41,917 bases of DNA from a virus. Its lineage: Duplodnaviria > Caudoviricetes. Of the stretch, positions 1 to 7,361 are shown in pieces; within the stretch, counting starts at the first letter, position 1, and each line of letters opens with the position of its first letter. The translations under genes and the position numbers were made by a program. The stretch spans positions 1 through 41,917 of the IMG/VR virus record IMGVR_UViG_3300049847_000328, one strand, 5' to 3'. The notes beneath the pieces were generated by a model. The model made no database searches and was not told the origin of the DNA. It was given only the letters and a program-made list of their open reading frames with translations.

Positions 1-291
1 ACGTTATGGGCTAAGTCTCAAAACGGCACTAACTTTTGGGTACCCATTAGAACTAACCAATGTAAAGAATCTACGTAACTTTACTATAGTCGGAAGGTTA
101 AAGTAGCAATCTGCTCAGCTCAGTATTGATCCAAGCAAATTACTTATACCTACTATAAGTAACTATTATATGGCTACTATTTATTCATTTATGGTGTCAA
201 TTAACGGCACTTATCTATAACCATCATATATCATTTATAATCAATATCTACCTCCATTAGCTACCTAACGTAGCCAACCACCGGTAGCGTT
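1..291. repeat. Imperfect terminal direct repeat, left copy (matches 41657-41917)
   Basis: 1-102 and 226-291 are identical to the right copy; the middle has a 40 vs 10 nt replacement (net +30 nt) and several substitutions. Confidence 0.95.
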
Positions 292-504
292 CATTATAGC
301 TCCATTAATGCGCTATTAATCGTTATTTAACCTGTATGTCATTAATAACACTCGCCCCGCCACGGATACGCGAAATGTTTAATCATGCGGGGTACCTAGA
401 GTCGCTATACGCTATATTGCTGCCTTTGAGGACTATTTTTTATTTTTTTGTGACCTAAGTATAGGCGTTTCTGCCGTTATCACACACCCACTTTTTAAAG
501 CTCG

Positions 505-520
505 TGGCCTAACTATTGCA
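505..520 (+). promoter_or_regulatory. Sigma-54-like -24/-12 element
   Basis: TGGC-ctaacta-TTGCA (GG-N10-GC); single instance noticed. Confidence 0.3.
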
Positions 521-591
521 TATCATTAGTAATTCTAATTGTATCATGATGATACGTTGCTAATTGGGACAGTTGTGTATAGGAATGAGAC

Positions 592-669
592 ATGAGATTA
601 CTTTTAACAGTTATTCTTATACAGCTATATCAATTAATTAATACAAATATAGTGTTTTGTATCAGTTAA
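592..669 (+). CDS. Possible 25-aa hydrophobic peptide
   Basis: AGGA 7 nt upstream of ATG; MRLLLTVILIQLYQLINTNIVFCIS. Confidence 0.25.
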   Translation: MRLLLTVILIQLYQLINTNIVFCIS

Positions 670-740
670 TTGGTTGTTATTACATTAGCTACTGACAGTA
701 ATCATGAGTCGCTACAGTAATGACTGTACAGTGAGCTATG

Positions 741-771
741 ATAATGCGCTACAGGCAATCACCGCTTATAT
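741..771. repeat. 31-nt element, inverted copy at 39774-39804
   Basis: 27/31 identical to the reverse complement of 39774-39804. Confidence 0.9.
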
Positions 772-1122
772 CTCAATCACTACGTTCTTTAGTGGTAGTA
801 CCATATATAGTCACTTTAGCCTGCTTTAAGTGCCATTAAGTACCTATTTAGCGCGTGTAGCCCAAAAGCGAAACAAGCGTTGGTAGCTAATGATTGCTGG
901 TAGTGAGATTATATGTATAACTAATTAAGTCGTGAATCACCATTAGAGGTGAATCTAACAATTGGTAGAATAGTAGTGGTTATAATTAACGCAATGTATA
1001 ATCAGCGTGTAGTTAAGATTAGGTTATTGTCCCTCACCCTAGAATCAGGTTAATGGTATCCCTTAACTACAGGTATGGCCGCCTTGATATGGGTCGAACT
1101 ATTACGGGCATACTCTACAGCT

Positions 1123-1151
1123 AATATATTCCATGTATCAAAATAAATCAA
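1123..1151 (-). promoter_or_regulatory. Sigma-70-like promoter pointing into the non-coding region
   Basis: TTGATT-N17-TATATT on the minus strand; spacer contains TTTTGATACA, as at 39976-40005. Confidence 0.5.
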
Positions 1152-1210
1152 TATAAAAATAATAGTTGTTAAATATAATCTATTAATTTATGTTAAATAA
1201 AGGAGATAAA

Positions 1211-1411
1211 ATGTATAAATGTAAATTGATGAAAAAAGAGAAAATAACCAATGGACAAATAAATTATTTAAAAAACCATGGTTATTCAGATTTTGATAAT
1301 ATGTCCAAATATGATGCATTTAAATTAATCCATGAAATTAGTAAACGTATAAAACATAAGGGATGCAATGGACAATTTGCTATAGCTTTAAAAAAAAGAT
1401 TAAAAGTATAG
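1211..1411 (+). CDS. Hypothetical protein
   Basis: AAGGAG RBS before ATG 1211 (preferred over 1190). Confidence 0.7.
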   Translation: MYKCKLMKKEKITNGQINYLKNHGYSDFDNMSKYDAFKLIHEISKRIKHKGCNGQFAIALKKRLKV

Positions 1412-1458
1412 TAATTCCAACCCGTTATAAAATAATTATTCCATATTGCAATTTGGAC

Positions 1459-1485
1459 TAAAGTTTTATAAATAGCCGCCGATAA
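1459..1485 (+). promoter_or_regulatory. Sigma-28 (FliA) promoter
   Basis: Exact TAAAGTTT-N11-GCCGATAA, intergenic, followed by GAGG and ATG 1508. Confidence 0.9.
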
Positions 1486-1540
1486 GATATTATAAGCGAG
1501 GTACAAAATGTTTAAAACATACAAAGATGAAGATTATAAA

Positions 1541-1660
1541 ATGACAGTAGATGGAGTTGAGTACATTTCTACACCAGAATTGGATATGTTTGCTCCAATG
1601 ATGATTTCTGCCTTATTTGTATTTGCTAGCTTATTTGTAACAGCTATTAACTTATTCTAA
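1541..1660 (+). CDS. Small membrane protein (39 aa); in frame with a 10-codon ORF at 1508-1540
   Basis: MTVDGVEYISTPELDMFAPMMISALFVFASLFVTAINLF; C-terminal hydrophobic helix. Confidence 0.55.
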   Translation: MTVDGVEYISTPELDMFAPMMISALFVFASLFVTAINLF

Positions 1661-1669
1661 GGAGTTTAT

Positions 1670-1930
1670 ATGCATTTAGCTAATTGGTTTATAATTGTTT
1701 TAATGCCTGGAGGATGGTTATTAGTTGCAATGTATAAAGTATATACAATGTTTATACAAAAACGCACACATGATACATCCGAGATTAATTATTTATTATC
1801 AAATGTTGTTATGTACCGTAAAGGATTGAGACATAAACCTTACGTTGGTAGTTTTATTAAGTTGACAGATGATATTAGCTATGTTAAGGTATGTGAAGAT
1901 GGATCATTAACAAGGGAGTTTAAATGTTAA
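1670..1930 (+). CDS. Hypothetical membrane protein
   Basis: AAGGAG RBS; N-terminal hydrophobic segment. Confidence 0.75.
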   Translation: MHLANWFIIVLMPGGWLLVAMYKVYTMFIQKRTHDTSEINYLLSNVVMYRKGLRHKPYVGSFIKLTDDISYVKVCEDGSLTREFKC

Positions 1931-2355
1931 GAGTATTATTAGTTTTATTAGCTACTTTAGTTTTAGTTGCATGTGGACGTGCAAGATTTACTGTTACACA
2001 AGTACAACAACAATGTACGACACAACAAGCAAATGGATTGATTAATGTAAATTGTCCAAATGGTGTTAACTATTCATTCCCTGCGCCTACTGATGGTATT
2101 GATGGACAAGATGGTGTTGACGGGCAAAATGGAACTAATGGAATGAATGCTCAAGGAATTCTTGTTGTAGATCCATGTGGTGATAATTTAAATCAAGTTG
2201 ATGAAGTTCTTTTAATCTTCCCTGATAAATCAGTATTAGCTTGGTATCAAGGAGTAGGATTTGTTGTATTAACTCCAGGCGTTATATATCAAACTACAGA
2301 TAATCAGCGTTGTGTGTTTAAAATCGATTCTAATGGTAATGTGAGTTATCCATGA
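1924..2355 (+). CDS. Lipoprotein with short collagen-like G-X-Y repeat
   Basis: Signal peptide with lipobox LVA-C; GIDGQDGVDGQNGTNGMN; several Cys. Confidence 0.8.
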   Translation: MLRVLLVLLATLVLVACGRARFTVTQVQQQCTTQQANGLINVNCPNGVNYSFPAPTDGIDGQDGVDGQNGTNGMNAQGILVVDPCGDNLNQVDEVLLIFPDKSVLAWYQGVGFVVLTPGVIYQTTDNQRCVFKIDSNGNVSYP

Positions 2356-2510
2356 ACAAATTTTTACTTAGACTTAACATAGTTATGGCCGTTATTAATA
2401 TTGTTAACGGCTTAGTATTAGAACGTGCGGATTGTATGATTGTTGCTTTACTAAACATTACTACCGCATATGTTTTAGATAAACATTCACAAAAGAATGA
2501 ATCAAAATGA
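2352..2510 (+). CDS. Small membrane protein (52 aa)
   Basis: ATGA-coupled at both ends; MNKFLLRLNIVMAVINIVNGLVL...; not in ORF track. Confidence 0.65.
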   Translation: MNKFLLRLNIVMAVINIVNGLVLERADCMIVALLNITTAYVLDKHSQKNESK

Positions 2511-2695
2511 GACTTAATATATTAGTAGCAATTTATATGATTATATTTTTTGTAGGATTGTTATTTGCATCATACAATAAAGGATTTAATGATGCGTATG
2601 TATTAGGGTTAGTAGCCCAAGGATTAGGGCTAGATTCATTTGAAAATTACGATATGCCTTATACTAATGTAGATAACCATAAAAAGAAATGGTAG
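2507..2695 (+). CDS. Small membrane protein
   Basis: N-terminal TM helix; ATGA coupling. Confidence 0.7.
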   Translation: MRLNILVAIYMIIFFVGLLFASYNKGFNDAYVLGLVAQGLGLDSFENYDMPYTNVDNHKKKW

Positions 2696-2697
2696 TT

Positions 2698-2805
2698 ATG
2701 CGTAAAATTGATTATATAATAGTGTCTCTTATTGTTACATTACCAATTGTAGCATTACTTTTAATATTTAAACTTTTACAAGATTTATCCTTAAGTTTTA
2801 AATAA
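2698..2805 (+). CDS. Small membrane peptide (35 aa)
   Basis: MRKIDYIIVSLIVTLPIVALLLIFKLLQDLSLSFK; fills the gap. Confidence 0.5.
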   Translation: MRKIDYIIVSLIVTLPIVALLLIFKLLQDLSLSFK

Positions 2806-2817
2806 AGCTGCCGATAA
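2791..2817 (+). promoter_or_regulatory. Sigma-28 (FliA) promoter
   Basis: TTAAGTTT-N11-GCCGATAA followed by AAGGCGG and ATG 2839. Confidence 0.88.
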
Positions 2818-2838
2818 GTATTATGTAAGGCGGTTAAT

Positions 2839-2931
2839 ATGAAAAGAGTTTTTGTAAGTAACAAAGTAAGTCATAAAAGCAGATTAGCTCTTGAACTTAA
2901 AGGATTTACTGTTATAATAGTATTGGAGTAA
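2839..2931 (+). CDS. Small protein (30 aa)
   Basis: MKRVFVSNKVSHKSRLALELKGFTVIIVLE; first ORF after promoter, with RBS. Confidence 0.6.
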   Translation: MKRVFVSNKVSHKSRLALELKGFTVIIVLE

Positions 2932-2933
2932 TT

Positions 2934-3158
2934 ATGAAGGCTATACTAGAATTTAACCTGCCTGAAGAAACTGAATCATATGAACTTGCTATGAATGGAT
3001 GTCATTATCTATTTGCCTTACAAGAATTAGATAATTATTTACGTTCACAATTAAAATATAATGATTCACTTAATGAAGAACAATGTCATTTAATAGAATC
3101 AATAAGAACTAAATTATATGAAGAATTAAATGAACGTGGAGTTACTATAAATGGTTAA
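2934..3158 (+). CDS. Phage hypothetical protein
   Basis: GGAG RBS; MKAILEFNLPE start resembles a common phage hypothetical family. Confidence 0.8.
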   Translation: MKAILEFNLPEETESYELAMNGCHYLFALQELDNYLRSQLKYNDSLNEEQCHLIESIRTKLYEELNERGVTING

Positions 3159-3411
3159 TTTTGCAATTGGTGATAAAGTAAAAGTAACAGTATTACCCCA
3201 AGGCAGCGAAGGGACCGTTTTATCTATACATGATAGATTTTATGTAATAGAATTCATAGATAAACATGGCGAACCATATACTTATGCGTATGAAAAACAT
3301 GAATTAATAAAAGTTGATTCTTATTTTAAATGTGAGTGCGGCGCTGTTTATACTTGGGCACCAAATCAACATTCAACCTGGTGTCCTAAATGGAGGATAG
3401 ATGGCAATTAA
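3151..3411 (+). CDS. Hypothetical protein, SH3-like N-terminus and Cys/His motif
   Basis: FAIGDKVKV...EGTV; CECG...HSTWCP. Confidence 0.7.
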   Translation: MVNFAIGDKVKVTVLPQGSEGTVLSIHDRFYVIEFIDKHGEPYTYAYEKHELIKVDSYFKCECGAVYTWAPNQHSTWCPKWRIDGN

Positions 3412-3772
3412 ATTTGAAGATTGTAAGGTTATGTATAATGGAGAATTACAATACTATATTAATTGGAATTTACTTGTTAGCAACAAATGTGAAAAAAATA
3501 GAGAAGCAATTATTGATACTCATGTTCTTAAATTAACTTTTATTGATATGATTAAAAACAGTACAGATGAAAAAGAAATGAGAGAATTGGCTAAAGATGT
3601 AATGGAATGTGAACGCGAATTACAAAGATTGTGGAAGTTTCATACTGTAGAAGATAGATTTATTAAATTTTGGCTATTACCTAGATGCGAATGTCCATAC
3701 TATGATAATGAAGATAATTATCCAAACGGAAATTATTATATAAAAAACTCGTGTCCGCTACACGGAGGATAA
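3401..3772 (+). CDS. Phage hypothetical protein (possible Zn-binding C-terminus)
   Basis: CECP...CPLHG; GGAGG RBS. Confidence 0.75.
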   Translation: MAIKFEDCKVMYNGELQYYINWNLLVSNKCEKNREAIIDTHVLKLTFIDMIKNSTDEKEMRELAKDVMECERELQRLWKFHTVEDRFIKFWLLPRCECPYYDNEDNYPNGNYYIKNSCPLHGG

Positions 3773-3773
3773 A

Positions 3774-4157
3774 ATGAAAGTTGAAAAAAATAGAAATGTC
3801 ATAACATTTGATGTTGATGATACGCTTATTATTTGGGACGAATTTAGTAGAGATTTAACGTATACAAGCCCGGATAGATTAGTTGTTATTTGTCCTTATG
3901 ATGGTAAACCGTATTCTTTTACAGTACATGAACGACATGTTGCTTTTTTAAAAAGAGAAAAAGCTAAAGGTTCTTTTGTAATTGTATGGTCTCGCAGCGA
4001 AGGTGCCTGGGCAGAAGCAGTATGTAAAGCTTTAAATCTGGAGGATTATGTCGATATTGCAATGTCTAAGCCGACTAAGTATGTGGATGATGTTACTGAT
4101 GTTGATCATATTCTTGGTACCCATTTATTTCTTAATAAAGACGGCCATTCTGTTTAA
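3774..4157 (+). CDS. HAD-superfamily phosphatase
   Basis: Motif I FDVDDTL, motif II VWS, K and YVDD motifs. Confidence 0.8.
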   Translation: MKVEKNRNVITFDVDDTLIIWDEFSRDLTYTSPDRLVVICPYDGKPYSFTVHERHVAFLKREKAKGSFVIVWSRSEGAWAEAVCKALNLEDYVDIAMSKPTKYVDDVTDVDHILGTHLFLNKDGHSV

Positions 4158-4164
4158 TAAAGTA

Positions 4165-4193
4165 TTGACTTATAAGTATAACTATAGTAGATT
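4165..4193 (+). promoter_or_regulatory. Sigma-70-like promoter
   Basis: TTGACT-N17-TAGATT in a gap before GGGGG RBS and GTG 4213. Confidence 0.5.
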
Positions 4194-4212
4194 TGTATAT
4201 GACGGGGGTACT

Positions 4213-4521
4213 GTGAGAGATTATTTAACTTCAGAAGAATACCTTGCATTAACAAATGAACTAAAAGAATTAGTTGAGCGTAAACGTGAACCTGTAACAA
4301 CGCGCGATTTTGCATTTGGTTATGCATATGATGGACATATGTCTGGTGAACCATTTCTACGAATTTATGCTGAGTACTTAATGAAGTACCCAAAAGCTAA
4401 TGTTAAAGATCTACACGCACTATGCTTAGGCTATGGCACAGCAGGTAGCGTAATAGATGAACTTGAAAAACAAGATGATGATTTAGAATTAAAAAAAGAT
4501 GATAAAAAAACTTACCATTAG
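4213..4521 (+). CDS. Hypothetical protein
   Basis: GTG start with RBS preferred over the overlapping 4048 start. Confidence 0.7.
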   Translation: MRDYLTSEEYLALTNELKELVERKREPVTTRDFAFGYAYDGHMSGEPFLRIYAEYLMKYPKANVKDLHALCLGYGTAGSVIDELEKQDDDLELKKDDKKTYH

Positions 4522-4529
4522 GAGGTAAT

Positions 4530-4865
4530 ATGAGTACTAAAAAACAAACGTCAATTGGTCGCCTTAAAACAGTGACTAAGCCAGATGGAACTAGCTTTAA
4601 TGTTCTTGAAATCACTCAAGACATTCAATTAAAACAAAATGATACAGTATATCTTAATGATTATGCTGATAACATTGATTTTTTAGTTGAGTCTGGACTA
4701 ATTGACGCCGCAGTTGGTGCAGAGCGTAAAGTTAATGCTAAACGTACAACAAAGACAGGTACAGTAGAAGAAACTCGTTTTGTTGCTATGCTTCAGTTAG
4801 CTAAACGTGAGCAATCATCAAGTAGCGATTCAAAAAAGGCATCTGGTAGATCAAAAGCTTTCTAA
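4530..4865 (+). CDS. Hypothetical protein (possibly ssDNA-binding)
   Basis: AGGAGG RBS; beta-rich, low-complexity tail ending in Phe; function speculative. Confidence 0.65.
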   Translation: MSTKKQTSIGRLKTVTKPDGTSFNVLEITQDIQLKQNDTVYLNDYADNIDFLVESGLIDAAVGAERKVNAKRTTKTGTVEETRFVAMLQLAKREQSSSSDSKKASGRSKAF

Positions 4866-4879
4866 TAATAGAGGTTTAA

Positions 4880-5452
4880 ATGTCTGAAAATATCAAAGTT
4901 CAAGAACGAACCGATAACAATAGTAATTTTGAAAATTCTGTTGGATGGAACGTAGATGTTAAAAATCGTGTAATCAGAATTACTACAGATATTGACACGG
5001 AGTTATTTGATATTGTAGACGCAGGACTCACGGAGTTAGAGTCAATTTCTAAAAAGGCAATTACTATTAGAATTTCAAGTTATGGCGGCGGAGTTTATGA
5101 AGCTCTTGCCATAATTGGAAGAATGGAAAAAAGCAAGTGTAAAATAATTACCGAGGGCTACGGACCTATTATGTCCGCAGCTACAGCAATACTTGCCGCA
5201 GGTAATGAACGTAGAATGTCAAGACGTGCCTGGTTTATGCACCATGAATCTAGTTATGGAATTGAAGGCCGACACAATGAAATTAAGCATTATGTTAAAC
5301 AACAAGAACGAGAAGAAAATGATTGGGCTAAACTTATGGAAGAACTTACCGGCACCAATAAAAATTTCTGGATCACAGAAGGTAAGAATATTGATAGGTA
5401 TTTCTCAGCACAAGAATGCTTACAATTAAACATTGTAGATAAGTTATTTTGA
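4880..5452 (+). CDS. clpP: ClpP-family serine protease
   Basis: ISSYGGGVYEALAI, catalytic IMSAA, FMHHE, DRYFSAQECL motifs. Confidence 0.9.
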   Translation: MSENIKVQERTDNNSNFENSVGWNVDVKNRVIRITTDIDTELFDIVDAGLTELESISKKAITIRISSYGGGVYEALAIIGRMEKSKCKIITEGYGPIMSAATAILAAGNERRMSRRAWFMHHESSYGIEGRHNEIKHYVKQQEREENDWAKLMEELTGTNKNFWITEGKNIDRYFSAQECLQLNIVDKLF

Positions 5453-5459
5453 GGCAATT

Positions 5460-5975
5460 ATGAGTAAAAAGAAACAACACACACCATTAAAAAAACATCA
5501 ATATAGTAAACCGGTTCAAGACCATATTAGCGATATTGATTATTGGCACAAGCTAAATGAAAAAGATAAAAAGTTTCTAGAACAGTTTATGGATGAATAT
5601 GCAGGTAACAATCATCAAAAATATAGTCAGAAAAAAAGACTACTCAAGACCGATGAACAACAAAAGGCAGCAAGACGGCTTAATAACTCATTTAACCGCG
5701 ATGCTTTTGATGTAGCAAAAAAGACAGTTAATCTTGACTATTCAGAGAATGATGATAAAGTATTTTATAGCAGAGAAAATATCTCTGATTGGATGGAAGC
5801 TTATACGCTTCAAGGTCATAAAGAAGCATTAGATATGATTTTAAGTGATTCATTAGAAGAAATTAAAGAAGCAAATGATGAACGAAGGCAGCGCATTGCA
5901 ATGATAAGATTTTTTATTAGAATGCGTAGATACTTCACACAAGCTAACAAGGAGAAAAAGAATGTCAAAACCTAA
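5460..5975 (+). CDS. Hypothetical protein
   Basis: 171-aa ORF with GAGG RBS, in operon. Confidence 0.75.
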   Translation: MSKKKQHTPLKKHQYSKPVQDHISDIDYWHKLNEKDKKFLEQFMDEYAGNNHQKYSQKKRLLKTDEQQKAARRLNNSFNRDAFDVAKKTVNLDYSENDDKVFYSRENISDWMEAYTLQGHKEALDMILSDSLEEIKEANDERRQRIAMIRFFIRMRRYFTQANKEKKNVKT

Positions 5976-6750
5976 AATAGTGTTCTTAGATATAGAGACG
6001 CTGATGATACCTGAAGAAACACTATCGCGCATTCCAAGTTATGGCGCATATCCTGGTCGTGGGTTTAACGGAACTGTTAGCAGCATATTATGTTTTGGAT
6101 ATAAAATCCAAGGCGAGAAACAGGTTAAATGTATTAACGCTTGGGACTATCCTGGATTTAAAAAGAATCCTAATAATGACAAAGAATTATGTAGAGCAAT
6201 ACATGAAATTCTTAAGGACGCTGATGCAATTGTAACTCAAAATGGTAAACGTTTTGATATTCCTGTAATCAACACGCGACTTGCTAAATATGGTTTACCT
6301 CCCGTTCCAAAATCATTAGCTCATATTGATACAAAAAATGTATTTAAGGCAAATTATGCTGCCTATGATAATAAACTTGATAGCATTGCTAAAACATTTG
6401 GTTGTGAGACTAAATTAGAAAATGGTGGATGGCAATTGTGGATGGATATGTATAAAAACAAAGAGTCATCTAAAAAGCTAATGGAACGTTATTGTAAACA
6501 AGACGTTAATGTTCTTGAGCAAGTCTTTATTAAACTACTACCTTGTATTAAAGGTCTTCCTAACCATAATCTGTTTACTGATGGTACTAAGCGCGTTTGT
6601 CCAAATTGTGGAAGTCATAAATTGCATATTAACGATACGCGAAGATTAAGTACAGGACTATATATTCGCTATAAATGTCAATCCTGTGGTTCGGTAAGCC
6701 GAGATAAAAAACCAACAGTAAAAGCTAAACCTTCAATTGTAAAGGATTGA
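5962..6750 (+). CDS. RNase H-like DEDD 3'-5' exonuclease with C-terminal Zn ribbon
   Basis: FLDIET, QNGKRFD, YCKQDV; CPNCGS...CQSCG. Confidence 0.88.
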   Translation: MSKPKIVFLDIETLMIPEETLSRIPSYGAYPGRGFNGTVSSILCFGYKIQGEKQVKCINAWDYPGFKKNPNNDKELCRAIHEILKDADAIVTQNGKRFDIPVINTRLAKYGLPPVPKSLAHIDTKNVFKANYAAYDNKLDSIAKTFGCETKLENGGWQLWMDMYKNKESSKKLMERYCKQDVNVLEQVFIKLLPCIKGLPNHNLFTDGTKRVCPNCGSHKLHINDTRRLSTGLYIRYKCQSCGSVSRDKKPTVKAKPSIVKD

Positions 6751-6751
6751 T

Positions 6752-7069
6752 ATGTTAAAGAGCGAACGTAAAATATTAGAAGAATTATCTCTTAAAGCAT
6801 TTGGTAAAAAACATCATTATAAAAAGATAATTGATCATGGTCTTTTGTATAGAGACCCAGAAACTAAACAGGCAGCAAGAATACACTTGACACCCGAAGG
6901 TATTAAGTTATACTTAGAAAAAACGATTAAAGTTCGAGAAGATTTTTTAAAAGCAGCAACAGTTTTAAAAGATAAGGAGTTAAATGATGAGTCAAATACC
7001 ACAACCGATACCGAAGGATCAAATAGTAACTCAGAATCAATCGATGAATTTGTCGCAAAACGGTGTTAA
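6752..7069 (+). CDS. Hypothetical protein
   Basis: Directly follows exonuclease; tail overlaps next gene. Confidence 0.65.
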   Translation: MLKSERKILEELSLKAFGKKHHYKKIIDHGLLYRDPETKQAARIHLTPEGIKLYLEKTIKVREDFLKAATVLKDKELNDESNTTTDTEGSNSNSESIDEFVAKRC

Positions 7070-7361
7070 ACACGACCAAGGTAAACCTGATTTAAGTATT
7101 TTATCTTATGGAGCTTTGGCAGAAATTGCTAAAGCTTTTGAATTTGGTGCTAAAAAATATGGTAGATATAATTACTTAGGCGGCATGGAGTGGACTAGAA
7201 TAGGTTCTGCTTTACTGCGCCATACTTACAAATGGCTTTGGGGACAGGATAATGATGATGAGTCTGGTCTACACCATTTAGCTCATGTTGGAGCATGTGT
7301 AATTATGTTGTTAGATTATGTTCTTTTAGGTCTGGGCACAGACAATAGGTATAAAAAATGA
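6984..7361 (+). CDS. DUF5664 dATP/dGTP diphosphohydrolase-domain protein
   Basis: GVKHDQGKP, FGAKKYGRYNY, LLRH, DDESGLHHLAH. Confidence 0.88.
   Translation: MMSQIPQPIPKDQIVTQNQSMNLSQNGVKHDQGKPDLSILSYGALAEIAKAFEFGAKKYGRYNYLGGMEWTRIGSALLRHTYKWLWGQDNDDESGLHHLAHVGACVIMLLDYVLLGLGTDNRYKK

Larger units (their letters stand above)
103..1120 (-). ncRNA. Candidate long structured non-coding RNA (alternatively an origin/packaging region)
   Basis: No ORF >=60 aa; many inverted repeats (255-270/878-892, 201-213/827-839, 741-761/891-912, 1008-1017/1062-1071); leftward sigma-70-like promoter at 1123-1151. Confidence 0.35.

Noticed and set aside
1538-1540. Genome-wide stop codon reassignment
   Set aside because: Conserved genes are intact in the standard code, and TAA, TAG and TGA all terminate genes
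4048-4212. N-terminal extensions from the ORF track (also 9385, 36112, 8651, 39675)
   Set aside because: Downstream starts have better RBSs or coupling and avoid overlaps
4891-4917. ACCGATAA as a fourth sigma-28 promoter
   Set aside because: Wrong -35 spacing and inside clpP
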